Source of the DNA: Girardia tigrina
Taxonomy: Eukaryota
DNA length: 64,000 nt
NCBI GenBank assembly: GCA_001938485.1
Contig: MQRK01235066.1
Coordinates: 1-64,000, forward strand
Reading direction: 5' to 3'
Shown: one piece after another, positions 13,201-26,173 of the stretch
Numbering within the stretch: position 1 is the stretch's first letter
How the letters are laid out: every line of letters begins with the position of its first letter
Notes under the pieces: generated by a model
What the model saw: only the letters and a program-made list of their open reading frames with translations
Databases searched by the model: none
What the model was told of the DNA's origin: nothing
Program-made: the position numbers and the translations under genes

Positions 13201-13967
13201 GATGTGGAGAAGGAATTTATTCTAGATACGGACGCTAGTTTCGACACCATTGGAGCGGTACTGTCACAGAAGGAAAGAAACGGTCACGAGAGAGTCATTG
13301 CATATGGGTCACACTCAATGAGTAATCATGAGAAAGGTTACTGCATAACAAGAAAGGAGTTATTGGCAATGTATTTCGCTAAAATAATTTATTATTTTTT
13401 TGATTTGGAAATTTAAATAAATTAAAAAATTAAATGTAGAGTAAAAATATTATAAATAAATACTTATTTAAAATATGTTTACAGTAATAACAATTGATAT
13501 ATTTTGATAAAAGTTATGAAATAAGCTTAAATAAATTTTAAATAAATAATTAACGGATCAATATTTAAGAAATAATTTTTTAACAAAAGGGTCTATTGTA
13601 AATTTAAATTAATTAGTTTTTATGATAAAGTTTCGTAGAAAAATGTAAAATAATTTAAAGTTTAGATTTTGTAAAATTTTCGTAACAAATATAAATATAA
13701 TCTGAAGTTTAATTTGAAAAATGTAAAATAATTTAAAATTTGAATTTTGTAAAATTTTCGTAAAAAAATGTAAATATAATTTGAAGTTTATATTTCGTAA
13801 ATTTTCAAAATTTAATCGAAAAAATTTATGAATTAATTTTGGGCGAAATAATTGAATTAATAAGAAATTTGTTTAGGTATGTGAATTGTTGATATTAATA
13901 AATTTGTGGTGTTAAATTATGACTTCATAATGTGATAATAATGAAAGTGGCATAAACGCTACTTACA
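10245..13967 (+). mobile_element. Degenerate Ty3/Gypsy LTR retrotransposon (gag-PR-RT-RH, integrase deleted)
   Basis: 5' LTR 10245-10667, truncated 3' LTR ~13374-13967, TSD ATTAA, PBS tggcgaac; LLDTGA protease; RT RLCLDFRQLN with YLAD in place of YxDD; RNase H FILDTDAS. Confidence 0.93.
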
Positions 13968-14542
13968 ATTAAAAAAAATAAGATATTACTTGATAAATAA
14001 GAATCACATGTACCTACTGTAAATCTAAAATTGGAATGTTTGAAAATGGGCTTTTGCATTTCCAAAATTTTAAAAGGTATTTAGAAACGAATTTTTACTT
14101 GAAATCAAAATGAAATGCCTTTAACAACTGTAAAATTTAGTGATAGATTTACTGTATATAACCCGCCGGTTATACAATGAAAAAGATGATTTTTGAAAAT
14201 TTTCTGGGTCTGGGTTATACACAGATGCGGGTTTTACAAGCACAAATTTAATTTTTTAGTTTGATTTACAGATATGGTAAAATTGTAGTTCAAAGATAAT
14301 AATAATAAACTTTTCACAAATTAGAAAGTTCTACAAGATTCTCATTTATTTATTTGAAATTTGAACGTATAATTTTAAAAACAATTTTATATGAAACAAC
14401 AAATAGACCAATTAGTTTCAAAAGTTTTAAGATAAATAATTTAAAGAAATAAGTGTCAATATGATATAAATCAGTTTTGTATAATAATGAAATTATTGAT
14501 TAATAAATTTATAATTATTTAGATAATTGTATTGTTTTTTAG

Positions 14543-14640
14543 ATATCTCCTTTTTCTGCAATTGAAAAAAGATGTTTATAAAGAAAGGTTATATTGTAAT
14601 CAAGAGATGGCAGCTATTCTTGCAAGTTATGTTTTGCAAT
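14543..14640 (+). CDS. PTPN3/4: PTPN3/4 exon (FERM-M): YLLFLQLKKDVYKERLYCNQEMAAILASYVLQ
   Basis: FERM lobe B motif; AG/GT; phase 2 to 1. Confidence 0.93.
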
Positions 14641-14862
14641 GTTAGTTCGACATACTATATCTATATATACAACATATTAATATGTATTTCATTTAATTAA
14701 TTCTTGAAAAAAGTTCTTTGTACAACTAATTAATTTCGTATTTTTTTGTTAAAAAAAACCATTTATTTAAGTATAAAAGTGAAAAAAATACTAAATTAAT
14801 TAGTTGTACACCTAATAGATCTAAATTTTTTTCCCTAATTTCGACTTTTTTTACTTTAAATA

Positions 14863-16144
14863 TTGGGTTGGCCAAAAGTCATTGCGTTTTTGAGTGCGTC
14901 CTAATAAAAAGCTTGAAAATATAAAACGATGTGATAAAATTTAAATTCAATTATATATTCTGAAACCTTAATTTTCAGACTATGCTTTTACAAAATATTA
15001 ATTGATTTTGTTTTAATTTATTACTTTACCATCAATTCGAAATGGAAAATCCAAATGAGCATATTCGTCATGTTTTGTTGCATTATTTTCGCAAAGGGAA
15101 AACCGCTGTCCAAGCTCATAAGAAGATATGTTTTGTATATGGTAGTGACTCCTTAAAACTTCGACAGTGTCAATACTGGTTTTCTAAATTTCGTTCTGAA
15201 AAATTTCATCTGAAAGATGCACCACGCTCCGGTCGACCAGTTGAAGTTGATGGCGACAAAATAACAGCACTGATCAAATCTAAACCACATATGACGGCAA
15301 GAGAAGTTGCAGAGACTCTTGAAATATCAAAATCAAGTGTTGGAAGTCATTTCACGAAACTTGGATTCGTCAGTAAACTCGATATGTTTTTACCACATGA
15401 ACTGAAAGAAATTCATTTGGTGAAACGTACGGACATTTGCGATTCCATTTTGAAGCGAGAACAAAGTGATCCCTTTTTGAAGCGCTTGATTACGGGTGAC
15501 GAAAAATGAATTGTTTACAACAATGTGGAACGCCGACGATCATGGACAAAACGTGGTGAGCCTGCCAAAACGATCCCAAAAGCAGAAATTCACAAAAAGA
15601 AGGTTATGCTTTCCGTCTGGTGGGATTTTAAAGGAATTGTGATTTTTGAACTCCTTCTAAGGAATGAAACCATCAATTCAGACAGATATTGTTGTCAGCT
15701 GGAGAAATTGGTTCATTCAATTCAACAGGAACGTCCTGAATTGGCAAATCGAAAAGGAGTTGTAATTCAGCATGATAACGCAAGATCGCATACAAGTTTA
15801 ACCACTCGCCAGAAACTCTTATCACTGGGTTGGGAGGTTTTGCTGCACCAACCGTATTCTCCAGACTTGGCTCCATCGGATTTTCACTTATTTAGATCAC
15901 TGCAGAATTCCTTAAACAGAAAAACATTTGCCAGTGATGATGACATCAAATCGTTCATATACGGCTTTTTTGCTGACAAAGGCAAAGGTTTTTATGAATC
16001 AGGAATAATGAAGCTACCGGAAAGGTGGAAGAAAGTGATTGAAAATAATGGACAGTATATCGTGTAAAAATATTTGTGCAGCCATGTCATTTTTTGATAA
16101 TAAATATTTTAGTAAAAAACGCAATGACTTTATGGCCAACCCAA
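14863..16144 (+). mobile_element. Full-length mariner (DD34D) transposon; transposase 15042-16067 broken by one TGA
   Basis: TIRs ttgggttggcc..attgcgtttt, TA TSD; GDEK*, HDNA and YSPDLAPSD motifs. Confidence 0.96.
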
Positions 16145-17859
16145 TACATAATTAACATTTACCTTCAGAGAATTTCAGATCTTTAAATTTTACTTTTGAA
16201 TGATGACAATATAGTAAAACCTGATAAATTAAATAAAGTAAATAATAATTAAAAGAAAATTAGTTTTGTAAAACTGGATAAATTCACTATATAAATTCGA
16301 TATTTTTTTACAATTTGTTATATGATTCGAACAATTCGAAAAGATTGTGGAATACCTCTATTAGGAATATTTTCAATGTTATGAAATTTTTATTCAGTGT
16401 ATTTGTATATTACTTTAGATTGACGATTCTCCTACCAATATGGTTGTTTAATATCTTTTAATTAATTATTTGGAAGTAATTCAATAAGTTCGAAGTTTAA
16501 GTAAAAAATAATTTAAAAAAATTAAAACTTAAAATTTTAAAATCTAGAATTTTGTAATTTAAAATTTTAGTAATAATTTTATTTAGTTAAATTAAATATA
16601 TTTGTAAAATTAATAATAATATATTATGATGAATGTTTAGTGTTTTTAAATACACGATTTTTAAATTATTAATTTATTCTTTTGTAATATCTTTATAAAA
16701 AATAATACTTAATTAAGTTTTACTTATAGTATGATAGTGTATTTAGTTCGGTTATAAAATATTATCTATATTATGCATTATGAATTTATAAAATAATATA
16801 AATTTTGATTTTAATGAAAACAAAATTAAACATAAGATATGTATATAACATAATGTATAAAATATTCATGAGATTCCTTTATATAAATTTGTACAAATGA
16901 ACTTATATTTCATATTTGGTGACACCAGATAAACACTTAAGCTTTTCAGTTAAGCTTGTTAATATTAAATCTTTTCTTGAAAATGTCACTGTTTTTCAAC
17001 TACGGTGTGGATGGTAAAGTGTAATCGCCTACTGAAATTAATAATTACTTACTATTTTTATAGTAATCTTGTGTAGAAGTGCTATTTCTAAGATCGTGTT
17101 GTATTTTATCATGTTATTTTGTCTGATGAGTAGTATTCGTGAGGAAAAGAACCCTTTTCATATTAAAAACAGAATTTTTGAAGTACAAATAAAAAGTTTA
17201 GTGTTTGTTTAAAAACTATTTCAACTCTTCTTTATTGTTGATGACCTAAATACGTATTAACTGGATTATTATAAATATTTATTATTTTGTAAAACATTAA
17301 AGCAATAAATTTTCATAAAATTTAACATATTTGGATCTAGTTATGATTTAAAAATTTATCCAATTATCGTACCGTAGTTACAAAAAATAAAGGAAATTAA
17401 TATGGAAATTAAAAATACATCAATTCACACAAGAAACAAAACATTTAAAATAAAAATTTTAAATTTTTAAATAAAAAAATATATATAAGACAAGTTATCG
17501 TATTCTGATACGAAAAATTTTAAATTCGACGTTTCACAAATCATATTTTTATATCTATTTTTCGATCCTTTTTATTAACTTACTTTCTATGTAATTTAGA
17601 AACCTATTTTTGAAGCCTTTTTACTCAATCAATTTTCTCTACACGTTGCACACTTACTCATTTTCAATGACAATAAATGATAATGTGAAAATTTGACCCA
17701 AAAAAACTTTTGAAGGTCTCAGAATTTGAAAAACGGCGAAATCGGAGTTTCTGAACAATATTAATATAAAAGGATCTACTTATAAATTATAAGTAGTTTA
17801 TACTATGCAAAAAATAACTGTAATAGTAATTTTCCCTTCTACAAAATTCTATTGGTCAA

Positions 17860-18160
17860 ATAGAGTTCTGCCAGCATAGAGAATGGGTATAAAATTTTTT
17901 TTCTGATTTACTAGTTAAGTCTATATTTGGCTTTAGATACAATTTTACTTGTATAAAAATCGCGATGACAGTTTATTCCAGGAGATGAAGTATTGGTAAA
18001 GTAAAATCTAAAACAAAGGAGCAAGGAAAATATGATGGACCATATAAAGTCATTCGAAAAGTACATTATAGAAAATATGTTCTTGAAGATGTCTCACAAA
18101 ACATGTGAAAGAAATATGGAGAAAATTAAAAAAATTCTTGCGTGTGGGGATGTAAAAGTG
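17860..18160 (+). mobile_element. Gypsy integrase C-terminal (GPY) remnant followed by polypurine tract and TG
   Basis: KYDGPYKVIRKV translation; gtggggaTGT after the ORF remnant. Confidence 0.55.
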
Positions 18161-18779
18161 TTGATGATATTTTTTTAACTTTCCAATAATACAGTGATTC
18201 ATAATAAAACTTGTTATTTAAAATGATAATCGAAATTAAAAAATATAAAAATAAAAAAATTCTTTAACTTACAAATTTTCACCTTATGAATTTTTAATAA
18301 ATTTTGGAATTTTTTACGTTGTCTTTGATTTAAAAATGGAAGTAAATATGCAATCTAATAAAATTTCAAAAAAACTCTGTTTTACAAATATCAGTAAGTA
18401 AAAGTCATTGTTACCGTAGCCTAAGTTGTCCCAGATAACTTTCACAGAAATGGTAGTCGAGGTGCTGAACCCATTTTGATATTTTAAGATCGTCATTCTC
18501 GTATTCGTTCAGGTCATGTCTCAAATTTTATTTACATTGAAATTTTACCACCCCAAGTAATTACTAAAAAATATTTTTTTTAAATCAAGCCACGAAAATG
18601 AAAACGAATTATAAAATAATGAAAAAATCAATGTCTCAAATTTACACCCCCCTCAAAATAATCTTGAATTAATTCGATTAAATTTGCAAATTTAAATTCA
18701 AAAGAAATAACTCGATTTAAATTATCTCGACAAACATAATTCAACTCAACCAGATTCCATAAAATCCATGAAAATTACA

Positions 18780-19365
18780 CCAATTGCATCCAAAAATGGA
18801 AAGCATTAAGGTTTTTTGTGTGTTGTTAATGCTCGCATCTTTCTTAAACTGATCCCATCTGAGAGTTTCCACTCTTGTGATTCCCTTTTTGACTCAAGGA
18901 TGCCTAGAGAGAGTAGTGTCTTATCATTGTGGGGTTGTTTTGCGATATACGGTCTCCAGCACACTATAAAGTGTTCAAATTCCTTCTGCAACACTCCAAC
19001 CGACGACCTTGCATTTCAACAGTTATTAGACATAGCACAAAGCGTGAACACAATTTTCTGATGCCACTTTCTGTCAGCAGTATCTGAATAGTACCTTTAC
19101 TTACATTTAGAAGTGCTGCTATTTCTCTAGTTATGATTCTTCTTTCATTTTGGATGATTTTCTCAAACTTTTCCGTTATTTGTTCATTCATTTCATTAGT
19201 TCTTCCAGCTTAATATTCATTGAACCAGCGTTTTATTGTAGCCATTGAAGACTAAAACAAAATAGGCAAAAGTTACCGATATATATTATCCTTTACTTCT
19301 TTAAAGTATTATTTAATTTTAATTCAGATTTTTATATTGGGCTCACTACTTATTGGCGCACCGCG
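18780..19365 (-). mobile_element. Decayed mariner fragment
   Basis: ERRIITREIAALLNVSKGTI..RKLCSRFV; TIR-like TA|cgcggtgcgccaataag at right end. Confidence 0.75.
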
Positions 19366-19505
19366 TAACTTATAGTTTTATTGTACTATTTTGTGTATTA
19401 TTTTTTAATTTATTATTTTAAATTAGTAAAAATTTTTAATAAATAAAACTGTATTTTAATTATATGAAATATTTTTAATGATAATAATGTTTAATCACTT
19501 TATAG

Positions 19506-19626
19506 CAGAACTTGGTGATTATTCCGCACATAAACATAAACCCGGCTACGTTTCGGAATACAGATTTGTAAAGAATCAAACACCGTCTCTGGAAATGCAA
19601 ATATCCGAACTCCATATGAAATTAAA
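19506..19626 (+). CDS. PTPN3/4: PTPN3/4 exon (FERM-M): [40 protein letters not shown]
   Basis: ELGDY motif; AG/GTGAG; in frame. Confidence 0.93.
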
Positions 19627-19816
19627 GTGAGTTTTAATATTTGATCAGTCTGGCTTATTTCAAATAATAAAAAGCAATTTAATAACTTTAATGCAAACTA
19701 AATTCAATTTATTGAAGTATAGTTTAATTTATTTTTAAATTTCATATATTTTCTTAAAAATTTTAATTTTTAACAATTGCTCTTGTTTTCATAATTTTCT
19801 AATCTTCTTCATACAG

Positions 19817-19904
19817 ACATCTGACTCCAGGGACAGCCGAATACGAATACATCAGAATTATTAGTAATGCTGACAGTTATGGTTTACATCTATTTACATG
19901 TTTG
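19817..19904 (+). CDS. PTPN3/4: PTPN3/4 exon: HLTPGTAEYEYIRIISNADSYGLHLFTCL
   Basis: FERM ..P..AE..Y.......YG motif; AG/GT. Confidence 0.9.
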
Positions 19905-20343
19905 GTACTGATTCGCATCTTTCACCAAAATCTGATGTGCCATTGTTTGCTAATTTAGCTTTTATTAATTTTAACAAAATGCATATTACAGTACCAAATT
20001 TGAATATGAAATAAAATCAGTTTCTATTTCAATTGCCAATAGGCAATTCATTATACATGATCAAAAAATTCAGGAAACCATTATCAGTTTGTATGGTTCC
20101 ATGGTTCACTGGGTTTCTCTCCTAAGACGTTTACAAGGAGGCTTCATTGGCTGCTAGAGTTGAAATTGGACATTTTATGTGCTGCGTAAAATGTCCTTTA
20201 CTATAAAGAAACAATTGTAATTATCATTTAAAATTTAAACTTTTATATTGTAAAACAATAGTGTAACATCAGGGTGCACAATTGATTAGCAAGGGACTAG
20301 ATACTATCTAGGAAATTACATTTCATGAAAGACCAAGTAAATA

Positions 20344-20551
20344 CTGTATTTTTCCGCGTATAAGATCCCCCCTTATTTTGGTGTGCATTTTTGGAAAAAA
20401 GTTCAAAAAAGTACCTCAATTCATTCCAAAAAATAAGTTGAAATCTTTTGTGTTTGAGAAATTTTTTAAATATTTATTAATTTTTGAAAAATCGCGTTAA
20501 ATGTTTATTAATTTTGACAAAAAAGGGTGTTATTTACACGGAAAAATACGG
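20344..20551. mobile_element. pogo/Tigger-like MITE
   Basis: TA|ctgtatttttccgcgta ... tacacggaaaaatacgg|TA. Confidence 0.75.
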
Positions 20552-21091
20552 TAACTATGTATTTTTTAATTATTTTATCAGAGAAGTAAACAAAAAGTTC
20601 AGAACAAGTAATATTTAATTACAACTAATTAATGAAAACTATGAAAAGATTAAATCCAAAAATTTACATTAGGAAATAAACATGTCCAATTACAAGTTTG
20701 GAACATTTTAAATTCATGTTAATTATTAATATTTATTGATAATTTAAATGTCATTTGTACTATTATGTATATCATTTCCTAATAATGGGAATAAATTTTT
20801 GGGATTCTTCTGTATTGCATGTAATTCAATTTTCATTGAAGAAAATTAAATTCATTTAAAAAGATATTAAATAAGTAATTAGAGTAGCAAAACTTAACTA
20901 TCGGATATTCCATATAGTATTTATGAAGTAATTCAAATTATTTAGTAAGTTCTAGTAATAAGCTTTTTATTAAGTCCCATTTGGTTTTTTACAGAAATAT
21001 TTTGAATATTTATCTAATTTTATACGATATTCTTCAAAAGAAAAGGGCATTTGCTATGAAAAATGAATAAGATGAGAATTTCTTTTGTTTT

Positions 21092-21880
21092 GTTACCACG
21101 TTTTTATTAGCTTGCTTTCTTGTCTGTTTGTCTGTTTGTCTGTTTGTCTGTCTGGAACAAATCTTGCGATTGATTTTTCGACCACTTTCAGTCATCCAAT
21201 TGAGCTGAATTNNNNNNNNNNNNNNNNNNNNNNNNNNNNNNNNNNNNNNNNNNNNNNNNNNNNNNNNNNNNNNNNNNNNNNNNNNNNNNNNNNNNNNNNN
21301 NNNNNNNNNNNNNNNNNNNNNNNNNNNNNNNNNNNNNNNNNNNNNNNNNNNNNNNNNNNNNNNNNNNNNNNNNNNNNNNNNNNNNNNNNNNNNNNNNNNN
21401 NNNNNNNNNNNNNNNNNNNNNNNNNNNNNNNNNNNNNNNNNNNNNNNNNNNNNNNNNNNNNNNNNNNNNNNNNNNNNNNNNNNNNNNNNNNNNNNNNNNN
21501 NNNNNNNNNNNNNNNNNNNNNNNNNNNNNNNNNNNNNNNNNNNNNNNNNNNNNNNNNNNNNNNNNNNNNNNNNNNNNNNNNNNNNNNNNNNNNNNNNNNN
21601 NNNNNNNNNNNNNNNNNNNNNNNNNNNNNNNNNNNNNNNNNNNNNNNNNNNNNNNNNNNNNNNNNNNNNNNNNNNNNNNNNNNNNNNNNNNNNNNNNNNN
21701 NNNNNNNNNNNNNNNNNNNNNNNNNNNNNNNNNNNNNNNNNNNNNNNNNNNNNNNNNNNNNNNNNNNNNNNNNNNNNNNNNNNNNNNNNNTTAGGTATAA
21801 AATTTCTCACATGTCTAGAAAAAAAATTATTTTCCTCTTTTTAGTGCATTGGTAATGCTTGAAAAACGTGGTTGTTTTTA
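21092..21880 (+). mobile_element. Helentron-associated (DINE-1/HINE-like) repeat, interior in N gap; related pieces at 23500-23660 (-) and 49609-49760 (+)
   Basis: Subterminal IRs accacgtttt / aaaacgtggt; (tgtc/tgtt)n microsatellite; T-rich flanks. Confidence 0.6.
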
Positions 21881-22659
21881 TAAAAATTTTTTTATTAATA
21901 ATATTATTTCTTTTACATTTGATTGAGTTAAGGTCCAAATGGGGTTTCAGGAGCACACAGATCTGGAACTTTCATGTCAGAGATATTAAATGATTTCTGG
22001 AGAATATCATAAAGTTCAATCGCTAGAAACATGTATTTGCTATTAAGTGAACATATTTTTGTATTCTGTGATTTATCAATTTCCGGATAAAATCACTCAT
22101 TAATAATCCAGTTTACAGTTCCTTTTAGTCTTCAGAAATATTTTTAGTTGAAAAAGTAAAGTATGAAAATCAAGAATCAAATAACTTTTCTTAATTGAAG
22201 TCATTTTAAATTTTACAATCGAGTTATTGGAATTTCGCGGTTTAATTAATTTCAAATCAAAACAAATAATTTTCAAATAGACTTTATTTGTCACGATACA
22301 TCAAATTCGAAACTCAATTATCACAAACTCAAAAACAAAAAATCACTAATATTAATGCAGTAAAACAAATAAAAATTTCCTTTTCTTTAAATTTTAAAAC
22401 TTCCCGTTCCGGAACAATATTTATTATCCTTCGTAAAGTTTTTGGTATTGTAGTTGATTTAATCAAGTAATATCATTGATCATTTCAGTTTATTATTTAT
22501 GTTTTTTAATCCAAACCAGTAATATAAAAATAAAAGTTAAGATAAAATATCTTAAAGATAATAAAATATATAGAATATCAGTCACAGCAGTGAGTGATGT
22601 ACAGCGCATTTCCGCTTTTATAGATATTTTTACTACAAATAGTATATTATACTTCGATT

Positions 22660-23250
22660 AGTATGCTTCAAAAAAGTCCTTTCTGTGAGGGTTGGCAGTC
22701 ACAAAATCTCTTGCTTTTTCAAGAAGATCCAATTTGTCTCCCCATTCCTTGTGGAAATCTAGCAACATGAGATTGTTAAAACGCTTTTGTGTCATTGAGT
22801 TCCGTAAGTACGTCTTGAGTCTTCTCATAGCAGAATAAGAGCGTTCGAGTGTTTAAGTTGTCACTGGTATTGTCATCTATAGAGAGATTATGTTACAAAT
22901 TTCTGAAAAGAAAGACGTTCCCATTGCCGATGCAACCAACATCTATATCTTCTGGTCCAATCCAGTTTGCGGCCGTCTCAAACATCTTTTCAATTTTGAA
23001 ATGCATTTCTAAAGAGACCTGGGAGAGATACCTGCTAATTTCTTTGTAACCATTGACTTTGGAACCATTATGATGCAGCTGCTAAAGGTTCTCCTAAAAC
23101 AACCAACTACTGTGAAGGTTTCCACAATGTACTCAATGCCATATTCAATTGTAGTCATCCTAATATTTGGTTTTTGTTAGATGGCTTGGTTAAAGACATT
23201 GCTTGTCACAGATTGACACTTGCCAATGTAGTGGCAGGAAAACTAGAAGC
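22660..23250 (-). pseudogene. hAT transposase C-terminal dimerisation remnant
   Basis: Minus-strand TIPVTT*TLERSYSAMRRLKTYLRNSMTQKRFNNLMLL. Confidence 0.8.
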
Positions 23251-24583
23251 CTTGAAATAAGTATAATCATACTAAAAAATTTTTTGGTGTACAAGGTTTT
23301 ATAATTTGTCATATGTTTGCGGTTCTTTATCTATTTCACCCACTTCCCACATTTTTTTGACTGAATTATCAAAGCCTACTAGGCGAAAACCCGCTTTCTA
23401 TTTGCATTTAGATGTAGCAAATTTCAAAGTCTACTACTGAGGAAAACATGAGAACGACACTTTAATTACTTTTTACGACCAAACTAAAGGCGGTAGATGA
23501 GCAATGACAGTGAAAAAAAGTGTATTGTCACCTAGAATACATCAGTCCTGAAAGTTTCATGTGGCTAGGTGAATGGGAAGTGGGTGAATTTTCGATCGCA
23601 AGATTTGATGCATCCAGACAGCCAAACAAACAAATGAAACGTAATAAAAGCTTGTAAAAAAGTATGCTAACCTTAATGATCTTGTTGCAATGGATACAAT
23701 ATTGAGAGGAATAAAATCAAGTATCTGAGGAGGTTGGTAAATCTGCAGTAATCAGGTTTATAAATAATTTTTTAATAAATGTTTTATGGATTTTTTTTAT
23801 TTCTTTTGATTTTTAACTTATTGTTTTAAAAATAAAATTAACTGTTATTTTTAAATCGCGATTTTACAATTAAAAAATGTTTTAGTTAATGTACGCAATT
23901 GTCTGGTCACCATATATATATATATATATATATATATAATTGCTGCCAAATCAGATGTATCCGATGGAAGAATAGAACAAGGTTATATGGAAATATTTAG
24001 AAACAATTATTTATTCTGAATTCTGAATTTACATTAGAGTGAATATATACAATTAGATGTGTTTCTTATTTTTAAAATTTACTAATTGTATTTAAATTAT
24101 AACAATTTGTAAATCGCATAATTGAAAGAGATAAAATAATTCCTCATATGGTGTACTGTAATATGGATTGTTGCTGTTTCACAATGTTAACGTTTGATTT
24201 TTTTTCATCGATTTCTACTTATTTCCATTTAAAAAAATACTTATTGAATTAGTAAATTCCGTTTAATTTTATCATCAAACTATTACTATAATTGTTCATC
24301 ATTGATTGTTATCTATACTAGAAATTTTTCTCCAACGAAAGCGGAAAGTGAATATTTGAATATAGCCAGTCAATTGAATTATTATGGTGTTGATATTTTC
24401 AATGCATTGGTAGGTATAATTGGGTAGAAAATTATGCAAAAGTAGATTGTAAAAAAAGAAAACATTTTGATAGTTCGCATGCATATTTGAATTGTTTTAC
24501 TTATTTTTGTTGTGTTATACACATGCTTGCTTTTTTCGATGTGGATTTCGTTTAGCTTTATCTATTAACATGTTGTTTTTCAG

Positions 24584-24739
24584 ACTCTTAATCAAGAAAT
24601 TGTACAAATTGGCCCTTCTTCATTGGGATTCAGTGTATTTAAAAATAAACAGAGATTGCATTTGTTTTTGTGGGGCAGTATTTTTAAAATTTCTTTCAAA
24701 AAAAAGAAAATTACCGTTCAAATTAAAAGCATTCAATCG
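24584..24739 (+). CDS. PTPN3/4: PTPN3/4 exon (FERM-C): TLNQEIVQIGPSSLGFSVFKNKQRLHLFLWGSIFKISFKKKKITVQIKSIQS
   Basis: F.W..I.KISFK.K motif; donor at 24740 chosen for phase 0 with next exon. Confidence 0.88.
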
Positions 24740-24764
24740 GTTGGTAAATTGAAATATGTTTCTA

Positions 24765-24810
<46 letters not shown>

Positions 24811-25280
24811 TTTATTTATTCATAGTTAATGACTTTTTGAAATCAACTGTTATGATTTATAAACGTCATTTTTCTAGGTTATTTCAATTATAAATGTGGG
24901 GTTTATTAAAATTTAAATAACTAATCTTTGTAAAACGATAAAAATGTTTTAATAACAATAAATTATTTGAATGTTTATCAGTCAATCATTCCTGCCTAAT
25001 ATTATTAGTTTTTATTTATTTTTCTTATTTTACAATCTTATATTTATTATTTATATTTTTATAGGTATCATAAAAATATAAAATAAAATGTATATTAAAT
25101 TGATGTTACAGTAGTAGAAATAATAATTCATATAATTATTAAAAAAATAGATAATCTTTTATCTCCCATTTAATACTTTAAGACTAGTGGTAATCTCTCC
25201 ATCTGTATTAGCCGGAGTTCATTCAAGTATAACTTTCAGAAAAAAATAAACAAAATAACATATCCATCTCAATCTGTAAC

Positions 25281-25855
25281 CATGGTTGCGCACAGGGGAA
25301 GTCAAGGTAGTGCACTTGCCTCCACCCTGGACAAATAATGTTTTAAAAAATTGAAAAAAATATTTCACTAAGAAATTGGAAAATTATAATTAGATGTTAA
25401 AACGATATTGGTTGCTAAAATCTAAAAAAAATTATTAGATAAATAGGCTTAGAAAAAGTACATTCCAAAAATTCTATTCCAAAAATAGATTAATAATCAA
25501 ATAAATGAATAACAAGGAATTGAAGATATTTTCATAAAGATTTTTACTCTCTGATGGCCGGGAAAATAAATGGCATACAAAAACTTATAAATGAAACAAT
25601 ATCCTATGGCAAAGACCTTTGAAAAAACATTCCTGTTCTGATAACAATCAATTTGAATATTTTCTTTGTAATGTTGTTTATTAATGTGATTTTTTTTATA
25701 ATTTTGAATTTGATGAGAAAAAACTGAATAATTAAATAAATTGCTATTTTCAAAACATTCTACCCAGAAGTTTTAAATCTTGCCCCGACCAGAAAAATTC
25801 TACATAAGGAAAATATTTTTTGCCCTCCCTGGAAAAAATCATGTGGGCCCCTATG
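25281..25855. mobile_element. hAT-type MITE
   Basis: Perfect 8-bp TSD TCTGTAAC; imperfect CAT..ATG TIRs. Confidence 0.8.
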
Positions 25856-26173
25856 TCTGTAACAATATTAAAGAATAACAATTATAATGTTCTAACAAAT
25901 ATATTAACCAGTATTTTTCATACTTTCATGCGCTTGTATTTACTGTAAATCATTATATTAAAATAGAAAGCAGCAAAGATTGTAATTTTGAATTTAAACT
26001 TTATTTTTGTTATTTTTACCTAATAAAATGGAACTTTTTCACTTTTTCAAGAAAAATGATTGTCAAATTTATTTCTTAAAAGTTATACAGAAAATGTCAT
26101 TTGAAAACGATGCTTCAAACTCAAGTGAATAAATTTTAAGAAACATTCAGTTGGATAAAATAAATTTCAAATA

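Noticed and set aside
15507-15509. TGA at a Trp position suggesting an alternative genetic code
   Set aside because: Host exons and the same transposase use TGG for Trp; a simple G-to-A nonsense change explains it
17121-17155. CTGATGA...GAAA
   Set aside because: Intervening bases do not form stem II; no cleavage-site context
24620-24811. ORFs with IYIYIY runs (also 40435-40822)
   Set aside because: Translations of (TA)n microsatellites
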